DNA of 64,000 bases from an uncultured Gammaproteobacteria bacterium. Its GTDB lineage: Bacteria > Patescibacteriota > Patescibacteriia > Buchananbacterales > UBA6539. The stretch covers positions 171,263-235,262 of the forward strand of contig CAZINP010000001.1 in the NCBI GenBank assembly GCA_964540635.1, given 5' to 3'. Below, piece by piece: positions 9,823-19,006 of the stretch; positions within the stretch are counted from its first letter, which is position 1, and each line of letters begins with the position of its first letter. The notes beneath the pieces were generated by a model. That model did no database searches. It was given only the letters and a program-made list of their open reading frames with translations, and had not been told where the DNA came from. The position numbers and the translations under genes are program-made.

Positions 9823-10500
9823 ATGTCATTAGTAAATCTAGGTTTAATATTTGTTGCAGGTCTTGATTTTGGGGTTGCTTTGCTAATTTATTCATTAAAT
9901 CCCAGGAATAGGAACAACATTTTAATATCTTTAACCATTCTCTCTCTGGCAGCATGGACGTTGGGAATGGGTATGTTTAGAAATGCTTATACGGAAACTG
10001 AAGCATGGATATGGGTCTGGGTACAAAATGGATTTGGTTCTATTATTCCAGTTTTTCTCTTTCTTGTGTCGATTTATTTTCCTTACCAATCAGTTAGGGT
10101 TAAGCCAAAGCATATATTATTAATTGTACTAAGTGTGGTTTGGATGTTGGTGGTCGTTGTGGTGCCAGGATTTTTAGTAAAAAATATCAAAATAGTTGTA
10201 CCAAATAATTATTATGATATGAATCGTTTGGGTATTGCATATTTTAATATCCATTTTTATTTTTACTTAGTTCTTTCATATATATTCTTTTACAAAAAAT
10301 ATGTTAAGAGTAGTGGGATTATCAGAATGCAATTAAATTATTCAATATTGAGTGCCACTACAGTTGGAATTATCGGTTCAGTTTTTGGCGCCTTAATTCC
10401 CTTAATATTTAACACTTTAGGGTATTATTGGATCGGGCCATATTTTGCCGTTCCAGCGATGTTGATATTGATAAGTTTTATTTATAAGGCTAATAAATAA
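9823..10500 (+). CDS. Stand-alone HisKA_7TM-like membrane sensor domain
   Basis: About 7 hydrophobic segments, N-x-x-N...W pattern and 'RMQL' motif shared with the kinase at 13567; no kinase domain. Confidence 0.75.
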   Translation: MSLVNLGLIFVAGLDFGVALLIYSLNPRNRNNILISLTILSLAAWTLGMGMFRNAYTETEAWIWVWVQNGFGSIIPVFLFLVSIYFPYQSVRVKPKHILLIVLSVVWMLVVVVVPGFLVKNIKIVVPNNYYDMNRLGIAYFNIHFYFYLVLSYIFFYKKYVKSSGIIRMQLNYSILSATTVGIIGSVFGALIPLIFNTLGYYWIGPYFAVPAMLILISFIYKANK

Positions 10501-10520
10501 CGTTTTAATATAATTTAATT

Positions 10521-11210
10521 ATGTTAAATTATTTTTTGAGAAACTTGATTATACTCTCAAATTTGCTTACCGTAATATTTTGTTTATCTTTGGGAATCTA
10601 TAGTGTTAGACGAAGGTATGGTGATATTATAATCAGACTTTGGTTTTTTCTTTGCCTCGCCGTGTCGGTTTGGTGCGGAAGTTATATCCTATTGAATTTT
10701 TCTGACGAATCCGGCTTAGCGATGTTTTATATTAGATTGATATATATATCAATATCTTTGATACCTGTTTTATTTTTGCATTTTGTTATTAGGTATCTGC
10801 ATAGATATAGTTTTGATAGAAAGATAATTGGTTTAGGCTATATTATTTCGCTTATTTTTATTTTTTTATTTACGTTTACCAATCTAATTATTTCTGGAAC
10901 AAAGTATACATATGGGTTTGGTAGACATGAGAGTGTAAATAATTTTGCTTATTTGTTTTTTTTAATATATTTTTTTTCTTGTATTGCGTGGGCAATCATC
11001 TTGCTTTATCGTGAGTATAAAAATAGTGTCGGGGTTAAAAAGAGGCAAGTTTATTTTTTAATTTTAGCGTCATTCTTCGGTTTTGTTGGCGGGTCAACTA
11101 ATTTTATGACCAATATGTGGGGTGTCTTTCCGTATGGTCAAATGTTTGTTTGGTTGTATCCAATACTTATAACCTATGGGATATTTATGGATGAAATTAA
11201 ATTTAAATAA
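10521..11210 (+). CDS. Stand-alone HisKA_7TM-like membrane sensor domain
   Basis: About 7 TM segments, 'KRQVYF...FGFVGG'; paralogue of the next gene. Confidence 0.78.
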   Translation: MLNYFLRNLIILSNLLTVIFCLSLGIYSVRRRYGDIIIRLWFFLCLAVSVWCGSYILLNFSDESGLAMFYIRLIYISISLIPVLFLHFVIRYLHRYSFDRKIIGLGYIISLIFIFLFTFTNLIISGTKYTYGFGRHESVNNFAYLFFLIYFFSCIAWAIILLYREYKNSVGVKKRQVYFLILASFFGFVGGSTNFMTNMWGVFPYGQMFVWLYPILITYGIFMDEIKFK

Positions 11211-11220
11211 TTTTATATAT

Positions 11221-11916
11221 ATGTCTAAAGAGTTGTTAAGAAATTTAATTTTCGTTTCTAATATTTTAACCGTTATTTTTTCTTTTTCTTTGGGCATCTA
11301 TAGCATAAGAAGAAGATTTAATGATATTGTTATTAGGCTGTGGTTCTTTTTATGTATCGCGGTTTCCGTTTGGTGTGCAAGTTACATTTTTATTATGATT
11401 TCTCCAGGTAAGGGAATTGCCAATCTTTTTTTGAGAGTGGTATATTCTGTTGCATCACTTATCCCTATTTTATATTTTCATTTTATTTCTTCTTTTCTGT
11501 TGAAAAACTACAAAAATAAAAAAACTATTTTTTTAGGTTATTTTTTAGCTTTGACTCTATTGTTTTTATCAATTTTTTCCAATTTGATTGTTATTGGCGC
11601 GAAGTATTTAGATGGATTTGGCTACACTCAGAACACAAATAAAAATGGTTTAGTTTTATTTATTATTTATTTTCTATTTTATATTTTTTTAAGTTTTCGT
11701 TTATTGATATTGGAATATTTTATTTCTATAGGTTATAAAAAAAGACAAATTTTTTTTATTCTAACGGCATCTTTGCTCGGGTTTGTCGGTGGCATGTCAA
11801 ATTTTATTTTTGATCTATTGGGAATTTATCCTTTTGGGCAAATAATAGTTTGGTTTTTTCCAGTTCTAATCACTTATGGAATATTTATGGATGAAATTAA
11901 ATTTAAAAATTATTAA
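11221..11916 (+). CDS. Stand-alone HisKA_7TM-like membrane sensor domain (paralogue of the previous gene)
   Basis: Start moved to 11221 because MSKELLRNLI aligns with MLNYFLRNLI; both end ITYGIFMDEIKFK. Confidence 0.78.
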   Translation: MSKELLRNLIFVSNILTVIFSFSLGIYSIRRRFNDIVIRLWFFLCIAVSVWCASYIFIMISPGKGIANLFLRVVYSVASLIPILYFHFISSFLLKNYKNKKTIFLGYFLALTLLFLSIFSNLIVIGAKYLDGFGYTQNTNKNGLVLFIIYFLFYIFLSFRLLILEYFISIGYKKRQIFFILTASLLGFVGGMSNFIFDLLGIYPFGQIIVWFFPVLITYGIFMDEIKFKNY

Positions 11917-11940
11917 TTTTAATGTAGTTATAATTAATTT

Positions 11941-13560
11941 ATGTCAATTAGCATTGATTCGATAAAAAAAATATTAGATCTAAGAAACGAAGTTTTGTTG
12001 ACCCCAGAGGCTATGGCAAAAAATTTAAAAGCAACGTTTTTGGTTTCAGACAACTTGTCCCCAGAGATTTTGAATTTTAAGAATAAGTTAGAGTTAAGTT
12101 TCACTGAGCTGGGTGTTGATGTTATTCCATACGCTAAATCTTTTGATAGAATGAGATTTAAAAATATAATAAGGAGAACCTTGCTATATTTTAAAATCAT
12201 TTTAAAGATAATAATTTCAATATTTAGAGATTTTAAAAAATTTAATCCTAAAATGCTGCCGGACAATTTTTTTCAGTTTTGTTTTGGAGGAAGTTACAAA
12301 AAAAATATTGCGATTTTTGTTTTTGGAGAGGTTGACAGTGTTTTTTATCCAATAAATCACGTAAATAATTTAAAAGATAACCCGATAATAACAGTTATTG
12401 AAAAAAAAGATGAGGTTAAAGGTGAAAAAAACTTTAATTTTCATATGGATAAGGCATTAAGTCTTTTTTCTAAGCTAATGACCAATATTGCCATCACGGT
12501 AAGTGCAGAGGCCTGGACTATTTATAGTTTTAATTTATCTCATCCAACCTATGGTTTTGATGATAACTTTAAAAATAATATATTAAATTCGTTAATCACT
12601 AAAATTTCAGCCCCAGTTGTGCCACCGAAAATGAAAGAATTTATAATAAAAGATGATAATTTTGAGCCCAATGATGAAAAATATAAATTTTATATTAATG
12701 ATATGGTCGTAGGAAGCAAATTATTAAAAGAAACTAATTTATTCCCCGAAGGTAGATTGGTCAGCGACCTAAACTTTAAAAATTATTTCTATAGATATAT
12801 AGGTGAGGTGCATTTAGATAAAAGGAATGGAATGAGTTATGGTTTTATTGCTCGTCAGTTGCCAGTTTTATTTTCTGAAGTAAAAGAGATTAGTAGTTTA
12901 GACATAAAAAAGTTTGGATTGAATGATTATTATTTTGACGATAATAATTGTTTATTTATTAAAGTGGAAGTTTTTAAAAAAGATTATGTATTGAAAGTTC
13001 CTGAAGTTTGGGTTTTAACAACAAGATCGGGTTGCGATAAAACAAACATCAACCAATCAGAAGATATAATAAAGATAGGCTTGGTGAACGGCAAAATGAT
13101 GATGGAATTGCCAACAAATTTCCAGAGAAAACAAAATTATAGGCCATCATTTGATACTAGGATAATCTTAGCGCATGCAGTAAGTAATGCAATTTTTGGT
13201 TCGATTATTAACAAATTTAATCCCGGGTCTGATTTCGCTGTTAATTTGGGTAAGTCTGGCATGGCAATTGTTCATTGGCATGGTTATATAAATAATAATT
13301 TTTTACCAAAAGGTTTCATTGTATATGGAAAAAATAATCCTTCTGTATCTTGTTCTGCGCTACAAACATCTATTTATGCTATGCAACAAAAAGAGCATTT
13401 AATTGTACCGCTTATAGAAAAAAATGAAGAATATGTGGGTGATTTCCATATTGAACCACAGCATGGCGTAAATGTTGTTTATGATGGTATTGTTAATTTG
13501 GCAAAATTTTTATTATCAGATAAAAACATTTCAGAATTAGGCAATAAGTATTTTAATTAA
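11941..13560 (+). CDS. Unknown soluble protein; possible class II aldolase-like metal site at the C-terminus
   Basis: 539 aa; 'AIVHWHG' and later 'QHGVNV' echo the HxH...HG Zn ligands of the class II aldolase/adducin fold (inference). Confidence 0.5.
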   Translation: MSISIDSIKKILDLRNEVLLTPEAMAKNLKATFLVSDNLSPEILNFKNKLELSFTELGVDVIPYAKSFDRMRFKNIIRRTLLYFKIILKIIISIFRDFKKFNPKMLPDNFFQFCFGGSYKKNIAIFVFGEVDSVFYPINHVNNLKDNPIITVIEKKDEVKGEKNFNFHMDKALSLFSKLMTNIAITVSAEAWTIYSFNLSHPTYGFDDNFKNNILNSLITKISAPVVPPKMKEFIIKDDNFEPNDEKYKFYINDMVVGSKLLKETNLFPEGRLVSDLNFKNYFYRYIGEVHLDKRNGMSYGFIARQLPVLFSEVKEISSLDIKKFGLNDYYFDDNNCLFIKVEVFKKDYVLKVPEVWVLTTRSGCDKTNINQSEDIIKIGLVNGKMMMELPTNFQRKQNYRPSFDTRIILAHAVSNAIFGSIINKFNPGSDFAVNLGKSGMAIVHWHGYINNNFLPKGFIVYGKNNPSVSCSALQTSIYAMQQKEHLIVPLIEKNEEYVGDFHIEPQHGVNVVYDGIVNLAKFLLSDKNISELGNKYFN

Positions 13561-13566
13561 AATTAA

Positions 13567-15759
13567 ATGTTTACGGGCTTTAATTATTTTAATATTTGTT
13601 TGTTGTTTGGGGGCATAGTCGCCCTGGCTGCTGGTTTTGTTGTTTTTATTAGGAATAAAAATAATAAGGTTAATCAATCTTGGTTACTTGTTACGATTTC
13701 AACGGCTTTTTGGGGTTTTGGTTATTTCGCAATGATTAGCACGTTCGATAAAACCATATCGTTATATGCAAACTGGTTCTTGCATTTTTCTGCCATTTTA
13801 GTTCCACCATTATTTTTTAGATTTATTTTGAGGTTGACAAATAATATTAAAAATTATAAAAAATCACTTTTTATAATTTATTTGTTTGCCCTGGCTTTTT
13901 TAATTATCAACCCGACTAAACTTTTTGTTGTCGACGTAAAACCTAAATACATATTTCCTTATGTATGTGATGCCGGCCCACTATATATTTTATTTGCGCT
14001 TTATTTTTTCTCAGTTGCCTCGGTTTCTTTATACGTTCTCTTGTTAACTATAAAAAAATCAACCGGCGTGTATTATCAACAATTAAAATTAGTATTTATT
14101 TCTTCATTTTTTGGTTTTGCTGGTGGAGGGAGCGTTTTTCTTTTGACTTTCAATATTCCTTTCCCTCCTTATCCGATAATTTTATTCAGCTTATACCCTG
14201 TTGTTATTAGTTATTCTATCTTGAAGTATAGATTTTTAGATGTTAGATTGGTGATAGCCCGTACAATAATATTTGGTTTATTTGTTGGATTGTTAACTTT
14301 TACTTACTCGGTAATATCTGCTTTTATTGCAAGTTATTTTGAAAATTTAATTGGGTTCAATTCATATATTTTAACCGGTGTTGTTGTATCGTTTTTGGTA
14401 ATAACAGGATATGCTCCTCTTAAAAAAATCCTTGAAAGGTTGACAAGCAAATTCCTTTTTAAAACTACATATAATCCCGACATTGTTCTTTCTGACATCT
14501 CAAACGTCGCCTCTTCAATTGTTGACCTCCGTCAGCTATTAGCTTCAATTTCAAATATTCTTGATTCTGCTTTTCATTGCGAAAAAATTGCAGTGGCAAT
14601 GTTGGATAAAGAAGGAAAATTATATCTGGCTCATCAGCAGGGGTTTGATCCAGACGCTTTGAAAAATTTCACCATGGGCAAGGAGCAGGTTTTGCCGGCA
14701 TACTTCAGTTCAAGTCATGAAGTTCAGGTAATTGATGAATTAAAAACCAGATATGAAGCCGGTGAATATCAGCCCAAAAGCGTTGAGTTGCTTGACTCTT
14801 TGTATGGTATGGACATTGCTTTGGTGGTTCCGCTTTTTGTTAAAGATGAAATGATTGGCGTATTTGTGCTTGGTAATAAAAAATCGGGTGAACCGTACAG
14901 TCATCAAGATTTGAATATTATAAAAATTATTGCCGGTCAATCAGCCATTGCCATTGAGAATGCGAGTTTGTATGATGAATTGAAAGATTACAACGTTAAG
15001 CTTGATCAGGAAGTAAAAAAGAAAACCGCGGAGTTGCGCAAGGCTAATGAAGAATTAAAGCAATTGGATGAGGCTAAGTCTGAGTTTATTTCCATTGCTT
15101 CCCACCAACTGCGCACGCCGTTGACGATTATCAAGGGTTATATTTCTATGATGTTGGAAGGGAATTTTGGCAAAGTGCCGGTTAAGATTAATGATAATTT
15201 GAAAAAGGTTTTTAGTGCCAATGAGCGTTTAATTAATTTGGTGGAAAATCTTTTGGATATTTCGCGCATTGAAAGCGGGCGCCAAGAGTTTAATTTTTCG
15301 CGAGCCAGGCTTGAAGATATGGCGGCGGTTGTTGTTGATAATTTTAAAAATAATGCCAAGGATAAAAAGTTGATTTTGATTTTTCATAAGCCAAGTTCTC
15401 CTACGCCGGAAGTTAAACTTGATGCCGATAAAATCCATGAAGTAATGATGAATTTTGTTGATAACGCAATTAAGTACACCAAAAAAGGAAAAGTTGAAGT
15501 CTCAGTTCAAGCTAACGACGGCCATGTTACTTATTGCGTTAAAGATAATGGCATGGGCATATCTTCGGAAGTCATGCCGGTATTGTTTCAAAAATTTTCT
15601 CGTGGCAAAGGCAGTTTTAGAAGTCATACCGAAGGTTTGGGTCTTGGGCTCTATGTGGCCAAGATGATGATTGATGCGCACAAAGGAAAAATCTGGGCCG
15701 AAAGTGACGGTGAAGGCAAGGGGTCAAGATTTTGTTTTTCCTTGCCGATTGTTAAATAG
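13567..15759 (+). CDS. Sensor histidine kinase (7TM + GAF + HisKA + HATPase)
   Basis: SHQLRTPL H-box, NFVDNAIKY, DNGMGI, GLGLGL; GAF 'GNKKSGEPYS...QSAIAIENA'. Confidence 0.93.
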   Translation: MFTGFNYFNICLLFGGIVALAAGFVVFIRNKNNKVNQSWLLVTISTAFWGFGYFAMISTFDKTISLYANWFLHFSAILVPPLFFRFILRLTNNIKNYKKSLFIIYLFALAFLIINPTKLFVVDVKPKYIFPYVCDAGPLYILFALYFFSVASVSLYVLLLTIKKSTGVYYQQLKLVFISSFFGFAGGGSVFLLTFNIPFPPYPIILFSLYPVVISYSILKYRFLDVRLVIARTIIFGLFVGLLTFTYSVISAFIASYFENLIGFNSYILTGVVVSFLVITGYAPLKKILERLTSKFLFKTTYNPDIVLSDISNVASSIVDLRQLLASISNILDSAFHCEKIAVAMLDKEGKLYLAHQQGFDPDALKNFTMGKEQVLPAYFSSSHEVQVIDELKTRYEAGEYQPKSVELLDSLYGMDIALVVPLFVKDEMIGVFVLGNKKSGEPYSHQDLNIIKIIAGQSAIAIENASLYDELKDYNVKLDQEVKKKTAELRKANEELKQLDEAKSEFISIASHQLRTPLTIIKGYISMMLEGNFGKVPVKINDNLKKVFSANERLINLVENLLDISRIESGRQEFNFSRARLEDMAAVVVDNFKNNAKDKKLILIFHKPSSPTPEVKLDADKIHEVMMNFVDNAIKYTKKGKVEVSVQANDGHVTYCVKDNGMGISSEVMPVLFQKFSRGKGSFRSHTEGLGLGLYVAKMMIDAHKGKIWAESDGEGKGSRFCFSLPIVK

Positions 15760-15780
15760 ATTTTCTAACGGTTAATATTT

Positions 15781-16281
15781 ATGAAAATAGCTATTGCTTC
15801 AGATTCGCATGATAATTTGCCTAATATTGAAAAATTTTTAGATTGGGTGAATAAAAATAAAATTGAGATGATTATTCACTGCGGCGATTTAGCGGCACCG
15901 GCAGTAATCAAAAAAGAATTGGCGCCAAATTTTTCGGGACCAATTCATTTTATTAACGGCAATGTGGCTGACAGGGAATTAAATGAAGAAGTGGCAAAAG
16001 ATTTTAACCATGTTTTTTTTCATCGTGATTTGGGCAAGATTGAAGTTGATGGAAAAAAAATCGCTTTTGTCCATTTCCCTTGGGCTGCCAAAGATTTGGC
16101 CGAAGAAGGCAAGTTTGATTTAATTTTTTATGGTCACGACCACAAGCCTTGGGAAGAAATGATAGGTAAAACCAGATTGTTGAATCCGGGAACGTTGGCC
16201 GGCATGTTTAACAAAGCCACTTTTGCGGTGTATGATACAAAAACCGATAAGGCGCAATTAATTTTATTGGAAACGATTTAG
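15781..16281 (+). CDS. YfcE-like metallophosphoesterase
   Basis: SDSHDN, HCGD, GHDH, NPG. Confidence 0.88.
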   Translation: MKIAIASDSHDNLPNIEKFLDWVNKNKIEMIIHCGDLAAPAVIKKELAPNFSGPIHFINGNVADRELNEEVAKDFNHVFFHRDLGKIEVDGKKIAFVHFPWAAKDLAEEGKFDLIFYGHDHKPWEEMIGKTRLLNPGTLAGMFNKATFAVYDTKTDKAQLILLETI

Positions 16282-16313
16282 TTAAATAAAAAATACGGCC
16301 GAAAATTCGGCCG

Positions 16314-16655
16314 TTAGTAAGCCGGCTGCCTTTGGCCGGCTTCTTGCATCAAGGCAATCATTTCGTCCAGGAAAAATCCCTGAGACGGATTTTTTTCTTT
16401 TAACCGTTGAGCCAAATCAAGTGCGGTGCGACCGGCGTAGTCGCGCACATGCACATTGATTTGCCAGACGGCAACCAGATCTTCAACCGCTTCGCAGATG
16501 AATTGCTCCACAGCAAAGTGAAGCAAGGTTTTGCCGGTTTGGGGATCACAAGCGTGAACGAGCTCATTCTGGTTAATGAACAGGCAGTCGCTTTTGATCT
16601 CTTCCCAAACGTCATCCCAAAGCCCATTACGGGCAAACTCAAAGACGATAATCAT
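16314..16655 (-). CDS. Small ankyrin-repeat protein
   Basis: GKTLLHFAV and D-YAGRTALDLA; AAGGAGG SD; own TTGACA-17-TATATT promoter. Confidence 0.8.
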   Translation of the reverse strand: MIIVFEFARNGLWDDVWEEIKSDCLFINQNELVHACDPQTGKTLLHFAVEQFICEAVEDLVAVWQINVHVRDYAGRTALDLAQRLKEKNPSQGFFLDEMIALMQEAGQRQPAY

Positions 16656-16768
16656 AAACGCCTCCTTGTCTTTTATTCGGTTGACAAAATAATATAGTAT
16701 AAAAAATGATTTTTGTCAATAGATTTTTTATTTTTTGATCCATATTGTATAATTAAATTAAATAAAAT

Positions 16769-17530
16769 ATGAAAAAATTTATTATAAATTTAACTAAAAA
16801 AACCGGCTTGGAAGTTTTGAAGCGATTTCATTCCGACAAAACTTTTAAGATTAAAAGTAAGTCACAAATTGTAACTGCGACCGATTATTTGGCTGACAAA
16901 ATTATAGTTACTGCTTTAAAAGAAAAATTTCCCAATTACAAAATTTTAAGCGAAGAATCGGGCGGGGATAAAAAGAAATCAGACTATCTCTGGGTGGTTG
17001 ATCCGATTGACGGCACAACCAATTATTCAATCGGGAGCCCGCTTTTTGCCGTCCAGCTGGCTTTGTTTTACAAAGATCAACCGGTGATTTCTTGCGCTTA
17101 TGCGCCGGCGCTTGATGAATTATATTTTGCCGAGAAAGGCAAAGGGTTTTTTTTGAATAATAAAAAAATGCGGGTTTCTAGTACCGCTGATTTGGAAAAA
17201 TCATTTTTTCTTTTCTGCCATGGTTCAAAGCCAAAAGATATTAAACGTGCAATGAAAATTTACAGTCAAGCTAAATTAAAAACTTTAGACTCGCGCCAAT
17301 TGGGCACCGCGGCTTTGGAAACAGGTTTTGTGGCTTGTGGCCGCACTGATTGCATTGTTATTCCCGGGGCCAATGTTTGGGATATTGGTCCGGGTGTTTT
17401 ATTTATTCGGCAAGCCGGTGGCAAAGTTACGGATTTTTCCGGCAAGGAATGGAATTTAAATTCTTATGATTTGGCTGCTTCTAACGGCAAAATCCATCCC
17501 CAATTATTAAAGTTATTAAAAAATAAATAA
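16769..17530 (+). CDS. suhB: Inositol monophosphatase family protein
   Basis: SEE, WVVDPIDGTTNY, WDIG. Confidence 0.85.
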   Translation: MKKFIINLTKKTGLEVLKRFHSDKTFKIKSKSQIVTATDYLADKIIVTALKEKFPNYKILSEESGGDKKKSDYLWVVDPIDGTTNYSIGSPLFAVQLALFYKDQPVISCAYAPALDELYFAEKGKGFFLNNKKMRVSSTADLEKSFFLFCHGSKPKDIKRAMKIYSQAKLKTLDSRQLGTAALETGFVACGRTDCIVIPGANVWDIGPGVLFIRQAGGKVTDFSGKEWNLNSYDLAASNGKIHPQLLKLLKNK

Positions 17531-17609
17531 AAAAGGGCTCCGAAGCGCGGGGCGCTCCGAAGCCTGAATCGTCGGGGGTGAGATAATGAGCGGTGGGGAA
17601 GAAATTCCC

Positions 17610-17663
17610 CTACGTGTGGCCGGATGGCCACTTGCGACCGAACAGTCGGCGCAAAGTGTTCAT
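17610..17663 (-). CDS. Putative 17-aa micropeptide MNTLRRLFGRKWPSGHT
   Basis: AAGGAGG SD 8 nt before the ATG; too short for the ORF track. Confidence 0.35.
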   Translation of the reverse strand: MNTLRRLFGRKWPSGHT

Positions 17664-17702
17664 TCCTGGATCCTCCTTACCCTGGGGGGGTGCGCCGTGT
17701 CG

Positions 17703-17825
17703 TCAGGCGGCCGCTTCGCCGTTCTTCTTCGAGGTGTTGCTGCCGAGGTTCGCGCCGTGCCGGGGATTCTTCGCTTTGCGGCGGGCGTGCTTCGTGGTGC
17801 CAAGGTTCGCGTTGCGGCTGTGCAT
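17703..17825 (-). CDS. Putative 40-aa basic peptide MHSRNANLGTTKHARRKAKNPRHGANLGSNTSKKNGEAAA
   Basis: AAGGAG SD; upstream TTGATT-17-TAGTAT promoter with extended TG; internal ANLG repeat. Confidence 0.5.
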   Translation of the reverse strand: MHSRNANLGTTKHARRKAKNPRHGANLGSNTSKKNGEAAA

Positions 17826-18003
17826 ATTGGGGGTCTCCTTGCGTTTTGGCTTTGCCAATCCTTGTTAGCTGCAGCACTACCTGGCTGCCACCATTATCTG
17901 AATGGTGTTGCCTTCAAGCAACGTCCGTAAAGCGGAAATTAGCAAACCATAAAAAGATACTATCACACCAATTTAAATAAATCAAGATGTTCCCAATAAT
18001 TAT

Positions 18004-18225
18004 ATGGATCTGCATATTCGCGTAATCCCCAATTCAAAACATCAGGAAATCATTGAAGAAAATGATAATTTTTTAAAAATAAAAATTAAAGCCCCGGCCA
18101 AAGAGGGCAAGGCTAATAAAGAGTTGATTGAGGTTTTGGCCAAAAAGTGCAAAGTAGCTAAATCGCAGGTTGAAATTATCAAAGGCTTAAGCGGAAAAGA
18201 TAAAGTTGTGCGAATTTATGGCTAA
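18004..18225 (+). CDS. DUF167/YggU family protein
   Basis: APAKEGKANKELI...G...K. Confidence 0.88.
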   Translation: MDLHIRVIPNSKHQEIIEENDNFLKIKIKAPAKEGKANKELIEVLAKKCKVAKSQVEIIKGLSGKDKVVRIYG

Positions 18226-18343
18226 AATTAGAGAAGAATTTTTTTAAAGATTAATTTTTTTATTGACAAAAAGTGAATAATTTGGTATAAATAATAGTCA
18301 GGATTGTTTGTGTTGTTATGTTTCGTAAAGAAAGGAAGACGTT

Positions 18344-18922
18344 ATGCCCAAGGTGTTTGTTCTTTTTGTCTTATGTATTGCCAACATCTCCTGTGCGCAG
18401 GAGGTGGGTGTTGCCCCAGATGAGTTCTTGAAGGCTTGCCGCCAAGGGTTCCGTGCCGATTACGGTTCTGACTCGGCTGCCGCGGAGTTGGGTTGGGGAA
18501 CGTGCGAAGTTCTTTATAGTGATCGCGAGGTTGTAAACTCGCTAAGCTATGAGGAATGGGAGGCACTTCCTCGGCAAGCACCTGAAAAGGTTGCCGCCGA
18601 TTTGCCCAACACCCCTGTGGCCAGAACTGTCACGGCCAGCTGGTATGCGTGGACTGACGGCAAAGTCTTGAACGTGGTCTACAACTGCGTTTGGGGTAAT
18701 GCCGAAAAGGAATTGGTCCATGGCTGCGCCACCGGCAACGAAGAGGCTGATCGCTGGGGGGCATCCTCCAACCGCCATTTCTATGGCAAAGGCGATCGAT
18801 TTTGGTACCAGGCCAACCGGCCTTGTGTGACCAAGATCTGGCTGGGTGCTCCCGGCCAAAACGCCAAAGAGACGCTCCGGCTTCGGCTGGAGCAACTCAA
18901 AAAGCTTCGGGTGATCAAATAA
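18344..18922 (+). CDS. Secreted orphan protein
   Basis: Signal-peptide-like N-terminus, AAAGGA SD, TTGACA-17-TATAAA promoter, GC-richer than neighbours. Confidence 0.7.
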   Translation: MPKVFVLFVLCIANISCAQEVGVAPDEFLKACRQGFRADYGSDSAAAELGWGTCEVLYSDREVVNSLSYEEWEALPRQAPEKVAADLPNTPVARTVTASWYAWTDGKVLNVVYNCVWGNAEKELVHGCATGNEEADRWGASSNRHFYGKGDRFWYQANRPCVTKIWLGAPGQNAKETLRLRLEQLKKLRVIK

Positions 18923-19006
18923 CCCCGAAGTCCCCGCGCAAAAAACACGCCCCTGTCTTCTCTGAAGGCAGGGGCTTAAACGTTGATCAAATTTTTAATT
19001 AGAATT

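Noticed and set aside
17530-17950. tmRNA (peptide ending AAA, ~400 nt, GC-rich)
   Set aside because: No tRNA-like acceptor stem or T-arm, and the peptide has its own SD and ATG
17586-17980. Plus-strand ORFs of 91-118 aa
   Set aside because: No SD; promoter, SD sites and terminator all point to the minus strand; GC-rich DNA gives chance ORFs
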